A stretch of DNA of 64,000 nucleotides, taken from assembly GCA_019135895.1 (NCBI GenBank), contig JAGVVH010000009.1:7189-71188 (forward strand), given 5' to 3'. Both the position numbers and the translations under genes were made by a program. Below the pieces are notes generated by a model. It did not search any database, was not told where the DNA came from, and saw only the letters and a list, made by a program, of their open reading frames with translations. Below are positions 1-9,802 of the stretch, one piece after another (within the stretch, counting starts at the first letter, position 1; the number at the start of each line of letters is the position of its first letter). The stretch is from Bacteroidota bacterium (GTDB lineage Bacteria; Bacteroidota; Bacteroidia; Bacteroidales; WCHB1-69).

Positions 1-1
1 A

Positions 2-811
2 TGTAGTTATTGTTTAAATGATGCTTTCAATCCCTCCTATTGTATTTCTTCAAAAAGTGTTGAACAACAACTGGAAGAAGGAATCGAATTTCATCTAAAC
101 AGATATCGCCGGGCCGAAAGTTATTTGGCTTACTTTCAAGCTTTCTCAAACACTCACGCGCCGCTCAGTAAAATGAAAGAGATCTATCGTCATGCCATCG
201 AACATCCACTTATTAAAGGAATTGTCATCGGCACAAGACCTGATTGCATTGATGAAGAAAAATTGGACTATTTTTCAGATTTGCAAAAAAAGATTTTTGT
301 ATCTATAGAATATGGAGTAGAAACTATTCGCAACAAAACACTTGAACGAATTAACCGTGGACATACTTTTGAACAATCACGGGAAGCGCTCCAAATGACT
401 TTCGAGAGAAATATTCATACCGGAGTTCATTTAATTTTCGGACTCCCCGGAGAGACTCCCGATATGTGGTTTGACGATATCAATATCATTAACCAACTCC
501 CAATAAATAGTATTAAATTTCATCAGCTTCAAATTATCAAAGATACACCTATTGAGAAAGAATACAGATGTAATTCGGGAGAATTTTATCCTTTTGAATT
601 GGAAAATTATGTTGATTTTATTGTAAAGTATACTGAAAAATTAAATCCCAAGTTTGTTATTGAGCGTTTCGCCGGAGAAGTGCCCCCAAGGTTTTTGTCG
701 GTAAACAATTGGGGAACGCTTAGATATGACAGTGTCCTTAATAAAATAGAAAAAAAACTAAAAGCAGAAGATACTTATCAGGGACGAATATACAATCAGA
801 CACAATATTAA
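2..811 (+). CDS. TIGR01212-family radical SAM protein (YhcC-like), 5'-truncated by the window edge
   Basis: Frame 2 is open from base 2 (CSYCLNDAFNPSYC..., the end of the Cys cluster) and runs into listed ORF 125..811. The GTRPDC, FGLPGET and KFHQLQI stretches are typical of this subfamily. Confidence 0.75.
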   Translation, partial: CSYCLNDAFNPSYCISSKSVEQQLEEGIEFHLNRYRRAESYLAYFQAFSNTHAPLSKMKEIYRHAIEHPLIKGIVIGTRPDCIDEEKLDYFSDLQKKIFVSIEYGVETIRNKTLERINRGHTFEQSREALQMTFERNIHTGVHLIFGLPGETPDMWFDDINIINQLPINSIKFHQLQIIKDTPIEKEYRCNSGEFYPFELENYVDFIVKYTEKLNPKFVIERFAGEVPPRFLSVNNWGTLRYDSVLNKIEKKLKAEDTYQGRIYNQTQY

Positions 812-832
812 GCTATAATCAGATTCTTATTT

Positions 833-1396
833 TCATCTGCTTATCTCCACCAATAAATTCCTTTTAGGTGAAATTACATATAAGTTCACGCTATATTTAT
901 TATTGTGATTAAGTTTATATAAAATGGCATAATAATTACCTTGTTCATCAAGCAGACTCCTTACAAAGTGCAAAGTTTGAATGAGATTCGGAACAACATC
1001 TTCATCAAGAAAAAGATCCTTTTCATTATCTGCAAGGGCAATCTCAACATATTGGCTATCAACTTGATTAGATGGGGTTCTCTTCCATTTAATAATATTC
1101 CAATTCTTATGGAAAGAAGAAGGCAATTGAGGGTAATTATCGAAAAAATCAGCAGGTGGTTTTTCAAAATAATGGATGTCAGAATTTTTGAGTTGAAGTA
1201 ATGATACAGAAATACCTGATTTTTTAAAAAAACTTGGGGCATTGATAACGAATAACTCTTTTTCTTCGTGATAATTAAGACTAAAAATTGCTTTTTTTTC
1301 CTTTATTTTAGAATAGAATCCATATCCGACCAGAATTAAAATAGCCAAAAAGAAACCGACAAAAATAAATTTTGACACTTTCATATCGGGAAGCAT
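833..1396 (-). CDS. hypothetical membrane-anchored protein
   Basis: 187-aa ORF with one N-terminal hydrophobic helix (FIFVGFFLAILILVGYGFY). Its ATG shares one base with the stop of the upstream TPR gene (TAATG on the minus strand), suggesting translational coupling. Confidence 0.5.
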   Translation of the reverse strand: MLPDMKVSKFIFVGFFLAILILVGYGFYSKIKEKKAIFSLNYHEEKELFVINAPSFFKKSGISVSLLQLKNSDIHYFEKPPADFFDNYPQLPSSFHKNWNIIKWKRTPSNQVDSQYVEIALADNEKDLFLDEDVVPNLIQTLHFVRSLLDEQGNYYAILYKLNHNNKYSVNLYVISPKRNLLVEISR

Positions 1397-2814
1397 TATT
1401 TTAAGAGGTTCTCAGCGGATTCAATTTTATTCTTTATTTCAGGATTTGAAAGACCTTTTTTAATAGCAAGTTTCCAATTTTTAATTGCTTCAGGATAATT
1501 TGTTAAATCAAAATAGGCATCTCCCAATACAGAATATATTCTGGCGAGCAGTGAAGTATCAAATGCATACATAGCAGCCTGATTAAGGTAATTCACAGCT
1601 ATATCATGTTGCAAAAGATTTTGAAAAGCCATACCAAGACTATACAACATCATGGCATTAGTTGGAAACAACTCAGTTATTTCAGCTTCATTATTCACAA
1701 TAGTTTGGTAATCTTTCAATTGCGATAGAACAAAAAGATAATCTTCCCATATAGTGAACTGAGTACTATTGAGAGATAGCGCTTTTTCTAGTGAAATTCG
1801 TGCATCCTCGTAGGATCCTTTCAACAATTGCAGACCAGCCAATGTAGCCCATGCTTCTATGGCATCAGGATGAGAAATGACAATAACATCCACCAATTGA
1901 CGTGTTTTTTTTATATTCTTCTCATCTTTTGTCGTAAGTGCTTTTGAAAAAAAAGATTGCAGAATGGGCAAAATTTCTTCCATTTCAAGTTCATCACTCT
2001 TAAAGGCAGAAAGAAGAGATTTGAAACTTTCATCTTCTTTATTTTTTTCCTGATAGTAATCAGCAAGAGCTAGATGTACATAAGGATTTTCCTTGTCAAT
2101 TTTGAGAGCATTTTGGAAATATTCATACGCTTTATCAGGCATATTATTGGTCAAATAAATATTTCCTGCCTGAGTATAATATTTCACTTCATAGGGGAAT
2201 TCCTTAATAAGTTTATCATATTCTGCAACTGCGCTTTTAACATCATTCAAATACAAATAAATATTTTTTTTCGCATCCGTAATTTCATCATTTTTCCCAA
2301 CAAGTTTTTCAAGACGATCATAAACTTTGATAACTTCATAATATTTTTCAAAATTAAGATAGGCATCAGCCAATGAAAAAAGATAATACTCATTAGACGG
2401 CTTCAACTTGCATACCTCTTCCCAATATTTGGATGATTGTTTATAGTCGCCTAAATTGTCGTTTACCTTAGCCATTTCTACAACATACCATTCGTTATGT
2501 TTATCTATTTTCATCGCTTCCTGCAGATAATATGCTGCACCGGCATAGTCCTTATTGGCACTTCTGATTTTGCTTAGCATAAAAAAAGCAGCATCATTTT
2601 GAGGATTTTTAGAAATCACATAACGAAAATTTGATTCTGCGGAGGTATAATTTTCAGTATAAAAATCTCTAAGGCCATCGGCAAAGGAGGCAGATAATTT
2701 ACGAACTTCTTCGGGAACAAGAGACTTATTGTAATTTCTAAGAGTATTTTGAGAAAAAGCCGAGAGCAATAATAACTCAGAAAATAAAATAATAGCCACA
2801 ATTTTTTTAATCAT
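1396..2814 (-). CDS. tetratricopeptide-repeat (TPR) protein with signal peptide
   Basis: Many 34-aa TPR-like units (A..Y...A......Y..A...Y..AL..D pattern). I prefer the internal ATG at 2814 (MIKKIVAIILFSELLLLSAFSQ signal peptide) over the GTG at 2844. Confidence 0.7.
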   Translation of the reverse strand: MIKKIVAIILFSELLLLSAFSQNTLRNYNKSLVPEEVRKLSASFADGLRDFYTENYTSAESNFRYVISKNPQNDAAFFMLSKIRSANKDYAGAAYYLQEAMKIDKHNEWYVVEMAKVNDNLGDYKQSSKYWEEVCKLKPSNEYYLFSLADAYLNFEKYYEVIKVYDRLEKLVGKNDEITDAKKNIYLYLNDVKSAVAEYDKLIKEFPYEVKYYTQAGNIYLTNNMPDKAYEYFQNALKIDKENPYVHLALADYYQEKNKEDESFKSLLSAFKSDELEMEEILPILQSFFSKALTTKDEKNIKKTRQLVDVIVISHPDAIEAWATLAGLQLLKGSYEDARISLEKALSLNSTQFTIWEDYLFVLSQLKDYQTIVNNEAEITELFPTNAMMLYSLGMAFQNLLQHDIAVNYLNQAAMYAFDTSLLARIYSVLGDAYFDLTNYPEAIKNWKLAIKKGLSNPEIKNKIESAENLLK

Positions 2815-2895
2815 ATTAAAATCATTTTTTGAGTCAATAATCACTAATTATTTCAAACGAATCAGATAAAAAAATATTTCATAATCAACAATTAA

Positions 2896-3342
2896 TCAAT
2901 GCAAGCCACTATGACCGAATCCGCCTGCTCCTCTGTCAGAATCAGTCAGTTCTTCCGCTTCTGACCAAATTACCTTTTCATGTTTAGCGACCACCATTTG
3001 AGCAATTCTTTCACCATTATTGATAATAAAATCTTCACTGGATAGATTTACCAAAATCACTTTTATTTCACCGCGATAGTCTGCATCAATTGTTCCAGGT
3101 GTATTAAGAACTGTGATACCTGATTTTGCTGCCAGTCCGCTACGAGGCCTAATCTGGGCTTCATATCCGATTGGGAGTTCAATATAAATTCCAGTAGGGA
3201 CCAAGGCTCGCTCTAATGGTTTTAAGGTTAAAGGGATATCCAAATTGGCACGCAGATCCATTCCTGCAGAATAGGGCGTTGCATATTCAGGTAATGCATT
3301 TTTGGAACGATTAACGATAGTACATTTTATATTCATAGTCAA
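2896..3342 (-). CDS. dut: dUTP diphosphatase
   Basis: 148 aa. The [22 protein letters not shown] and C-terminal [10 protein letters not shown] motifs are diagnostic of trimeric dUTPase. Confidence 0.9.
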   Translation of the reverse strand: MTMNIKCTIVNRSKNALPEYATPYSAGMDLRANLDIPLTLKPLERALVPTGIYIELPIGYEAQIRPRSGLAAKSGITVLNTPGTIDADYRGEIKVILVNLSSEDFIINNGERIAQMVVAKHEKVIWSEAEELTDSDRGAGGFGHSGLH

Positions 3343-3363
3343 GGTTTTAATTATAATAATATT

Positions 3364-4839
3364 TTACCTTCTTATAATTAGATTAATATATTTATGATCA
3401 ATAAGATAAACAACAAAAAGATAAAACAAGAGTAGCAAACTATTTATTGCCATTTTTATTCCAAACGAATCGAAATAAAACAATGTTGATATCAAATATA
3501 ATGCAACGGCAAAGACTATATAGATAATAATCCGAAGAAGTTTATACTCGATATGATAATAGTGTTGACCAAAAGCATATGAGAGTAACATCATAGAAAA
3601 ATAGCAAATAAAAGTAGCCCATGCAGAACCCATATAACCGATTACCGGGATTAAAAAATAATTTAGAAGCAAGGTAATCAGAGCTCCAATCAAAGAAATA
3701 TAGGCACCGAATCTTGTTTTGTCGGTTAGTTTGTACCAGATTGACAAATTGTAAAAAATTCCAAGAAACAAGTTAGCCAGTAATAAAATTGGAACAACCC
3801 CCAATCCAACACGATATTCCGGTCCCACAAAATGCTGAATAATATCCATATAGAGCATTATTCCAAGAAAGATAAATGAACAAATAAAGACAAAAACAGA
3901 CATCACATCAGAATAGGTCTGTTTAGCATCCTGATCTTTTGATTTAGCAAAGAAAAATGGTTCTGCAGCATATTTAAAAGCCTGAATAAAAATTGTCATC
4001 ATGATAGAAATCTTATAGCAAGCACTATAAATACCAACCTGAGCCTGAGCAATATCTGGTGGTGACAATCTTCGCAGCAACACTCTGTCCATAGTTTCAT
4101 TCACAATTCCGGCCAACCCTAAAATAAGTAAAGGAAATCCATAGGAAATCATTTTCTTCCACAATTTAAGATCAAAACTCAGTTTAAATTTAAACAATTC
4201 AGGAATTAGCAAAACCAAAGTAATAACACTTGCTATCAAATTTGAGATAAAGATATACCCCACTCCTATTTCAGGAGAATAGATATAATGAATCACTTCA
4301 GGAGCAAAATTGATTTCCACCAAATACGGGCAAAGAATCAAGAAAAAGAGATTCATTAAAACATTAACCGTAATATTGGTAATTTTAACGAAAGCAAATC
4401 TTAAAGCTCTCATTTGAAGTCGTAGTCCGGCGAAAAAGATAGAAGTAAGGGCATCAATACTGATAATAACAGCCAACCAGCTTATATATTCCGGATGTTC
4501 ATGAAATTGAAGGCCATCAGCAATATTTTGAGAAAACAGAAGACAAAAAACAGTAAACAAAACAGATGTAACTAACAAAGAGATAGTTGCGGTAGAATAA
4601 GTTTTCTCTTTAAACTCATCTAATTGAGAAAAACGGAAGTACGCTGTTTCCATTCCGTAGGTTAAGATTACAATAAAGAGACTTACCCAAGCGTATAATT
4701 CACCAACAACACCATACTGTGCAGGTTGTGGGAAAAGATAAGTATGCAGGGGAACCAGTAAATAATTCAGGAGGCGTCCAAAAATAGTTGAAAAGCCGTA
4801 AATAGCTGTTTGTCCTGCTAATTTCTTAATTGATGCCAA
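3364..4839 (-). CDS. polysaccharide biosynthesis / oligosaccharide flippase family protein (MOP/Wzx-like)
   Basis: 491 aa with about 12-14 predicted TM helices. The N-terminus (AGQTAIYGFSTIFGRLLNYLLVPLHT) is typical of Bacteroidetes Wzx-like flippases. It lies next to dut, as in many Bacteroidetes. Confidence 0.7.
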   Translation of the reverse strand: MASIKKLAGQTAIYGFSTIFGRLLNYLLVPLHTYLFPQPAQYGVVGELYAWVSLFIVILTYGMETAYFRFSQLDEFKEKTYSTATISLLVTSVLFTVFCLLFSQNIADGLQFHEHPEYISWLAVIISIDALTSIFFAGLRLQMRALRFAFVKITNITVNVLMNLFFLILCPYLVEINFAPEVIHYIYSPEIGVGYIFISNLIASVITLVLLIPELFKFKLSFDLKLWKKMISYGFPLLILGLAGIVNETMDRVLLRRLSPPDIAQAQVGIYSACYKISIMMTIFIQAFKYAAEPFFFAKSKDQDAKQTYSDVMSVFVFICSFIFLGIMLYMDIIQHFVGPEYRVGLGVVPILLLANLFLGIFYNLSIWYKLTDKTRFGAYISLIGALITLLLNYFLIPVIGYMGSAWATFICYFSMMLLSYAFGQHYYHIEYKLLRIIIYIVFAVALYLISTLFYFDSFGIKMAINSLLLLFYLFVVYLIDHKYINLIIRR

Positions 4840-4892
4840 GGTGCAATGTTAATTAAATAGAAATGCAAAATTACAAAAAAAAGCCTCTGATT

Positions 4893-6032
4893 TTACTGTT
4901 TTTTTCCCTTATAAAGATCATACTTAAAAAACTTACACTCAAGCTGACCATTAAAAAGGGTATACCGTCTCGAAGGGTGCAATCCAAGATTTTTAAGAGC
5001 ATCAAAATCCGAGCTAATAATAAAGGCAGTACATTGAGGATAATTATTTTTAAGGGTATCTCCTATTTGTTTATAAAAGTCATTAATATCGTCTACTTCA
5101 AGGCGTTCGCCGTATGGCGGATTCGAAATGATGAAAGCAGGAGTCCTCACAGGTGATGTCAACAGCATATCCTTCTTTTTCAAAGTAATAAAATCCTGTA
5201 AACCAGCTTCTTCAACATTTACTTTTGCCATTCCAAGATATCTTGGAGAAATATCATATCCATACAGATTAATATTAATATCGGAAAGAATCCGAGCTTC
5301 ATCAACTATCCCTTGCCACATTTTATTGTCAAAATTCAGCCAGGAAAAAAATCCAAAATGAGCGCGATAAAAGCCAGCCGGAATATTGAGTGCTGCCATA
5401 GCGGCTTCTATCAGAATTGTTCCGGAGCCGCACATAAAGTCAATGAAATCACATTCTCCCTGCCAGCCGCTTAACTTAATCATGGCAGCAGCCACCACTT
5501 CATTGATGGGAGCAGGATGGTTTGAAACCTTATAGCCTCTTTTATGTAAAGAATCTCCTGAACTGTCAAGAAAAAGAGTAGCCTGATCATTAAAAATATG
5601 AATATGAAACTGCACATCCGGATTCTCTTTATCAACAGAAGGACGAACGCCATACTTATCTCTAAATCTATCACAAATCGCATCTTTTGCCAATACTGAA
5701 GCAAAGAGTGGAGAATTAAAAATTGAGTTATGCATCGTAGTACTCACAGCCAAAGTCCCTTCTTTATCAAGAAACTTTTCTGATGGGAAATTAAATATCG
5801 AAGAGTAAAAGTCTTTATTACCTGAGAAAGAAAAACTATCAACCTGCAAAAGGATTCTAAGAGCAGTTCGACAATAATAATTAGCCCTATACAAAAGATC
5901 AATTGGACCTTCAAATTGAACAGAACGATTCATTATCTGGCAATTTTCAGCACCTAAAGCAATAAGTTCATCGTATAAAAGCGGTTCAATACCGGCAAAA
6001 GTTTTGGCTATAAAAATCTCTTTTTTCATCAT
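4893..6032 (-). CDS. THUMP-domain class I SAM-dependent RNA methyltransferase (COG0116, RlmL/YpsC-like)
   Basis: 379 aa. SAM-binding DFMCGSGTILIEA and catalytic NPPYGERL motifs, with an N-terminal THUMP-like region. Confidence 0.75.
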   Translation of the reverse strand: MMKKEIFIAKTFAGIEPLLYDELIALGAENCQIMNRSVQFEGPIDLLYRANYYCRTALRILLQVDSFSFSGNKDFYSSIFNFPSEKFLDKEGTLAVSTTMHNSIFNSPLFASVLAKDAICDRFRDKYGVRPSVDKENPDVQFHIHIFNDQATLFLDSSGDSLHKRGYKVSNHPAPINEVVAAAMIKLSGWQGECDFIDFMCGSGTILIEAAMAALNIPAGFYRAHFGFFSWLNFDNKMWQGIVDEARILSDININLYGYDISPRYLGMAKVNVEEAGLQDFITLKKKDMLLTSPVRTPAFIISNPPYGERLEVDDINDFYKQIGDTLKNNYPQCTAFIISSDFDALKNLGLHPSRRYTLFNGQLECKFFKYDLYKGKKQ

Positions 6033-6382
6033 TATATTTTGAGTTAAAGTATGAAGTATTGAATTAAAAAAATATCATCTGCATATGTTTATTGACTAGA
6101 AAAATACAAAAATAGCACAAATTACTTAATATAAACTTTAAAAAAAATGTTCTTTTTTTCAAAAAAATAATTTACTTTGATCATAAAAAATATTGCATTG
6201 ATTTTCAATACTTTATAAAAATTAAAAAGATTTTTTTTCAAAATAGTTATCAATTTATATTTTTTTTATTTATTATTGCATTCTAAAAAATATTTGAAAA
6301 AAACAATTTTTTGTCAATAATTACGTTCCTTAAAGAATTATTTGATATTATAAATTGAATAGAAAAAATAAAATTTAATATT

Positions 6383-7159
6383 ATGGGAAATTCAAAAGGT
6401 AAAGTTATGTTAGTCGAAGATAGTCAAAATCTTCGCTTTGTGTTAAGAGATTACTTAGAAATGCTTGACTTCGATGTAGTAGATTTCGGAGATGGGGAAT
6501 CGGCGTCAAAAGCATTTAATAAAGGTCATTTTGATATTTGTATTCTGGATGTAATGATGCCAGACAAGGACGGATTTACTTTAATTCAGGAAATTAAAAA
6601 AATTGACCCTAACATTCCTGTCATTTTCCTCACTGCGAAAACGACTAAAGAAGATAAGATTAAAGGGTTTAAGTTAGGCTGTGATGATTATATAACAAAA
6701 CCATTCAGCACTGAAGAGCTTGCTCTTCGTATTGAAGCTATCTTAAGAAGAAGCCGAATCATCCACAAGGAGGAAGAAATTCTTTATGAAGAAAAAATAT
6801 ATAAGTTTGGTGATTTTGTTTTTAATTACAGTGCTATGCAATTATTTCACCCAACCAGAACCAGAACTTTAACACGTAAAGAAGCTGAATTGCTGAAATT
6901 ATTGTGTGAACATCAGAATAAACTTCTTCCAAGAGAAGTGATTTTAAAACAAGTATGGGGTGATGAAGATTATTCTGTGGGCAGAAGTATGGATGTTTTC
7001 CTGACAAAATTACGCTCATACATCAATATTGAAAAAGTGAGCAAAGAACACCTTAATCCCGGAGGAGGCCGTCGCGACAAATACAAAGCAGGATTTGAAC
7101 CCAAAGTTGAAATCTGCAATGTTCATGGAACCGGTTTCATTCTTAAAGTAAGAGAATAA
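6383..7159 (+). CDS. OmpR/PhoB-family response regulator, RprY-like, no adjacent histidine kinase
   Basis: Receiver domain (VEDS, ILDVMMPDKDG, FLTAKT, KPF) plus a winged-helix output domain (LTRKEAELLKLL...SMDVFLTKLR...VHGTGFIL). Confidence 0.8.
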   Translation: MGNSKGKVMLVEDSQNLRFVLRDYLEMLDFDVVDFGDGESASKAFNKGHFDICILDVMMPDKDGFTLIQEIKKIDPNIPVIFLTAKTTKEDKIKGFKLGCDDYITKPFSTEELALRIEAILRRSRIIHKEEEILYEEKIYKFGDFVFNYSAMQLFHPTRTRTLTRKEAELLKLLCEHQNKLLPREVILKQVWGDEDYSVGRSMDVFLTKLRSYINIEKVSKEHLNPGGGRRDKYKAGFEPKVEICNVHGTGFILKVRE

Positions 7160-7164
7160 CTTTT

Positions 7165-7195
7165 AAAAGCCTTGCAAATGCAAGGCTTTTTTTTT
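7165..7195 (+). terminator. Rho-independent terminator after the response-regulator gene
   Basis: The stem AAAAGCCTTGCA / TGCAAGGCTTTT is followed by a run of about nine T. Confidence 0.8.
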
Positions 7196-7196
7196 A

Positions 7197-7204
7197 TAAC
7201 TTTG
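7197..7204 (+). promoter_or_regulatory. Bacteroidetes -7 promoter element (TAnnTTTG) for pyrF
   Basis: TAACTTTG, 18 nt upstream of the pyrF ATG and just after the upstream terminator. Confidence 0.55.
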
Positions 7205-7221
7205 CATATCAAATTCAAACT

Positions 7222-8088
7222 ATGATTATAGATAATTTATTCCGAAATGTCGCAGATAAAGGTCATGTGTGTGTCGGCTTAGATACTGATTACCATTACC
7301 TCCCCTCTCAATTTGCCAATCAATTTTTAAAAATAAGCGATGCTATTTTTGAGTTCAACAAACAAATAATTGACGCCACGAACGATGTTACTGCCTGTTA
7401 CAAAATTCAGATTGCCTATTATGAGGCATATGGAATTGAGGGAATGCTGGCTTATCAAAGAACGCTTGCATACCTCAAATCAATAGGAGCATTTTCAATC
7501 GGTGATGTAAAAAGGGGGGATATTGCTAAAACAGCTGAGATGTATGCAAAAGCTCACTTTTCCGGGGATTTTGAATGTGATATGATTACCATTAATCCCT
7601 ATATGGGACTTGACAGCATTACTCCATACTTGCCATTTCTGAAAGATAATAATAAAGGAATATTTGTTCTTATTCGGACTTCGAATGAAGGAGCAAAAGA
7701 TATTGAGTATTTGCCATCAGAAAACGGAAAGCGGGTTTATAATATCATCGGTGAAAAAATGAATATGCTTGGAAAAGAATATTTGGGAAATTGTGGTTTT
7801 TCATCAATCGGCGGTGTTATGGGCTGCACGCATGCAGACGAAGCTAAAGAGGTACGGAAGAATCTGGATTCGACATTTTTCCTGATTCCCGGCTACGGAG
7901 CACAAGGTGGAAAAGCGGAAGATATTGCGCTCTACCTAAAAAAAGGCAATGGAGGTGTAGTCAATGCTTCCCGATCTATTTTGCTGGCCTATAAAAAAGT
8001 AGAAAATGGAGAGAAAGAGTTTGCAGCTCATTCCAGAAGCGAAGTAATCCGAATGCGTGACGATATCCTTAATGCCTGCAAAAAATAG
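7222..8088 (+). CDS. pyrF: orotidine-5'-phosphate decarboxylase (type 2, long form)
   Basis: 288 aa. The VCVGLDT, GDVKRGDI and PGYGAQGG motifs are present, and it sits directly upstream of pyrK-pyrD. Confidence 0.85.
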   Translation: MIIDNLFRNVADKGHVCVGLDTDYHYLPSQFANQFLKISDAIFEFNKQIIDATNDVTACYKIQIAYYEAYGIEGMLAYQRTLAYLKSIGAFSIGDVKRGDIAKTAEMYAKAHFSGDFECDMITINPYMGLDSITPYLPFLKDNNKGIFVLIRTSNEGAKDIEYLPSENGKRVYNIIGEKMNMLGKEYLGNCGFSSIGGVMGCTHADEAKEVRKNLDSTFFLIPGYGAQGGKAEDIALYLKKGNGGVVNASRSILLAYKKVENGEKEFAAHSRSEVIRMRDDILNACKK

Positions 8089-8128
8089 CACCACTTTTTC
8101 TGATATTAATTGAGCTTATTTAAAAAAA

Positions 8129-8869
8129 ATGCAATATACAACTACAAAAGTACTAAAACAAGAAAAAATTGCTTCGGACATTTTTGTCATGACAGTCAAT
8201 TATAATGGAGAAGTTGCACTTCCCGGACAATTTTTTATGCTCAAAGCATGGGAAAACCAACTCCCACTAATGCGTCCTATAAGCTATTTTAAAAAAGATT
8301 CTGACACTATTTCTTTCATGTATCGAGTGGTCGGCAAAGGCACTTTATTACTTTCAAAACTTAAAAAAGGAGCTCCAATTGAGATTCTTGGGCCTCTGGG
8401 AAACGGATTTCCCTGTGATCAGGTGAAAGGAAGCATTGCCTTAGTGGGCGGAGGTGTTGGCATTCCTCCATTGTATGACACAGCCAAGCTACTTATGCAA
8501 ATGGGTAATCAAGTATCCGTTTTCCTCGGGTATAAAGATGAACTTTTTGCTCTGGAAGATTTTGCGGAAATTGGATGTAACTTATTCGTTTCATGTGAAA
8601 AAGGCAATGAAGGTTACAAAGGATTTATAACAGATTTGCTTCACTGCAATCTATTCAATGCTGTTTTTACTTGCGGACCGGAAATTATGATGAACAAAAT
8701 TGCATTAATGTGCAAGGAAAATAATATTCCCGTATGGCTTTCGATGGAAAGAAGAATGGGATGCGGCATCGGAGCTTGCCTTGTCTGTACTTGCGAAACT
8801 ACCAAAGGAATGAAAAGAACTTGCAATGAAGGTCCTGTTTTCAATGGGAATGACTTAATAATCAATTAA
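8129..8869 (+). CDS. pyrK: dihydroorotate dehydrogenase electron-transfer subunit (FAD / 2Fe-2S)
   Basis: 246 aa. Ferredoxin-reductase-like fold with a C-terminal cluster motif CGIGACLVCTC...C, followed by pyrD. Confidence 0.85.
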   Translation: MQYTTTKVLKQEKIASDIFVMTVNYNGEVALPGQFFMLKAWENQLPLMRPISYFKKDSDTISFMYRVVGKGTLLLSKLKKGAPIEILGPLGNGFPCDQVKGSIALVGGGVGIPPLYDTAKLLMQMGNQVSVFLGYKDELFALEDFAEIGCNLFVSCEKGNEGYKGFITDLLHCNLFNAVFTCGPEIMMNKIALMCKENNIPVWLSMERRMGCGIGACLVCTCETTKGMKRTCNEGPVFNGNDLIIN

Positions 8870-8905
8870 TTTAAAGGGATTATCAGGATTTAAAGAGAAA
8901 AAATA

Positions 8906-9802
8906 ATGTTAGAAACCACTATAAACGGAATCAAATTTAAAAATCCGATTATTGCAGCATCGGGCACTTTTGGATTTGGCAGGGAATTCAACCATCTTTA
9001 TGATGTAAGCATGCTCGGCGGAATAAGTTCTAAAGGGCTGACCCTTCATAAGCGTGAAGGCAACAAAGGAATTCGCATTTATGAAACTGCTTCAGGAATC
9101 ATGAATAGCGTGGGATTGCAGAATCCCGGGATAAAAGGGTTCATTAAAGAGGAACTTCCCTGGATGAAGAGTCTTGGAAATGTTGTTATTGCAAATCTTG
9201 GGGGAAGCACAATTGAAGATTATATTGAAGGTATCAAACTGCTAAATAAGACGGATATTGATTTTATTGAGCTAAATATCTCTTGCCCTAATGTTAAAGC
9301 CGGAGGAATGGCTCTCGGTATTAAATCCAAAATAGCTTTTGAAGCAGTAAAAGCGACTAAAGAAGTTTGCCAAAAGCCTATGATTGTCAAATTATCTCCC
9401 AATGCAGAGGATATTATTGAAATGGCCCTGGCATGTGAAGCCGCAGGGGCAGATTCCCTTTCTTTAGTCAACACCTTTAAAGGAATGGCAATTGATATCA
9501 AAAGAAGAAAACCTGTTTTTGATAATATTTATGCAGGACTTTCAGGTGCAGCCATAAAACCTATTGCACTGCGAATGGCACACGAAGTATGCAAAAATGT
9601 CCGTATTCCTGTCATCGGTATTGGCGGTATATATACAGTAGAAGATATTATTGAATTTATTATGGTCGGAGCTTCGGCTGTACAAATAGGGACTGCAAAT
9701 TTTTCAGAACCATTGATTTGCAAAAAAATAATTGAAGATCTTGAAAAATATTTCTTTCAAGAAGGAATTAATAATATTGAAGAAATTAGAGGTATTATTT
9801 AA
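8906..9802 (+). CDS. pyrD: dihydroorotate dehydrogenase class 1B catalytic subunit
   Basis: 298 aa. NPII(A)[23 protein letters not shown] and GIGGI motifs. Confidence 0.9.
   Translation: MLETTINGIKFKNPIIAASGTFGFGREFNHLYDVSMLGGISSKGLTLHKREGNKGIRIYETASGIMNSVGLQNPGIKGFIKEELPWMKSLGNVVIANLGGSTIEDYIEGIKLLNKTDIDFIELNISCPNVKAGGMALGIKSKIAFEAVKATKEVCQKPMIVKLSPNAEDIIEMALACEAAGADSLSLVNTFKGMAIDIKRRKPVFDNIYAGLSGAAIKPIALRMAHEVCKNVRIPVIGIGGIYTVEDIIEFIMVGASAVQIGTANFSEPLICKKIIEDLEKYFFQEGINNIEEIRGII

Noticed and set aside
941-1242. Nested ORFs 941..1201 (+) and 961..1242 (-) inside the 833..1396 gene
   Set aside because: They are short and low-complexity, lie entirely within a longer ORF that is translationally coupled to its neighbour, and have no motifs. 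The same reasoning applies to the other nested track ORFs, for example 2074..2376, 2616..2801, 5128..5361, 5480..5704, 6834..7019, 8641..8865, 9220..9501, 9529..9723, 12748..12957, 14107..14325, 15792..16609, 16976..17164, 20103..20704, 24851..25162, 26163..26465, 28651..28854, 34286..34897, 36617..37359, 38228..38719, 39373..39888, 42456..42710, 45409..45659, 47081..49125, 52057..52260, 53371..53643, 54288..54927, 55937..56167, 56877..57077, 57381..57669, 58299..58616, 59514..59855, 60361..61332 and 62685..62894.
4863-5156. A 97-aa plus-strand ORF spanning the flippase/THUMP intergenic gap
   Set aside because: It mostly overlaps the 3' end of the well-supported THUMP methyltransferase gene on the opposite strand. 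Its translation is Lys/Ile-rich low complexity.
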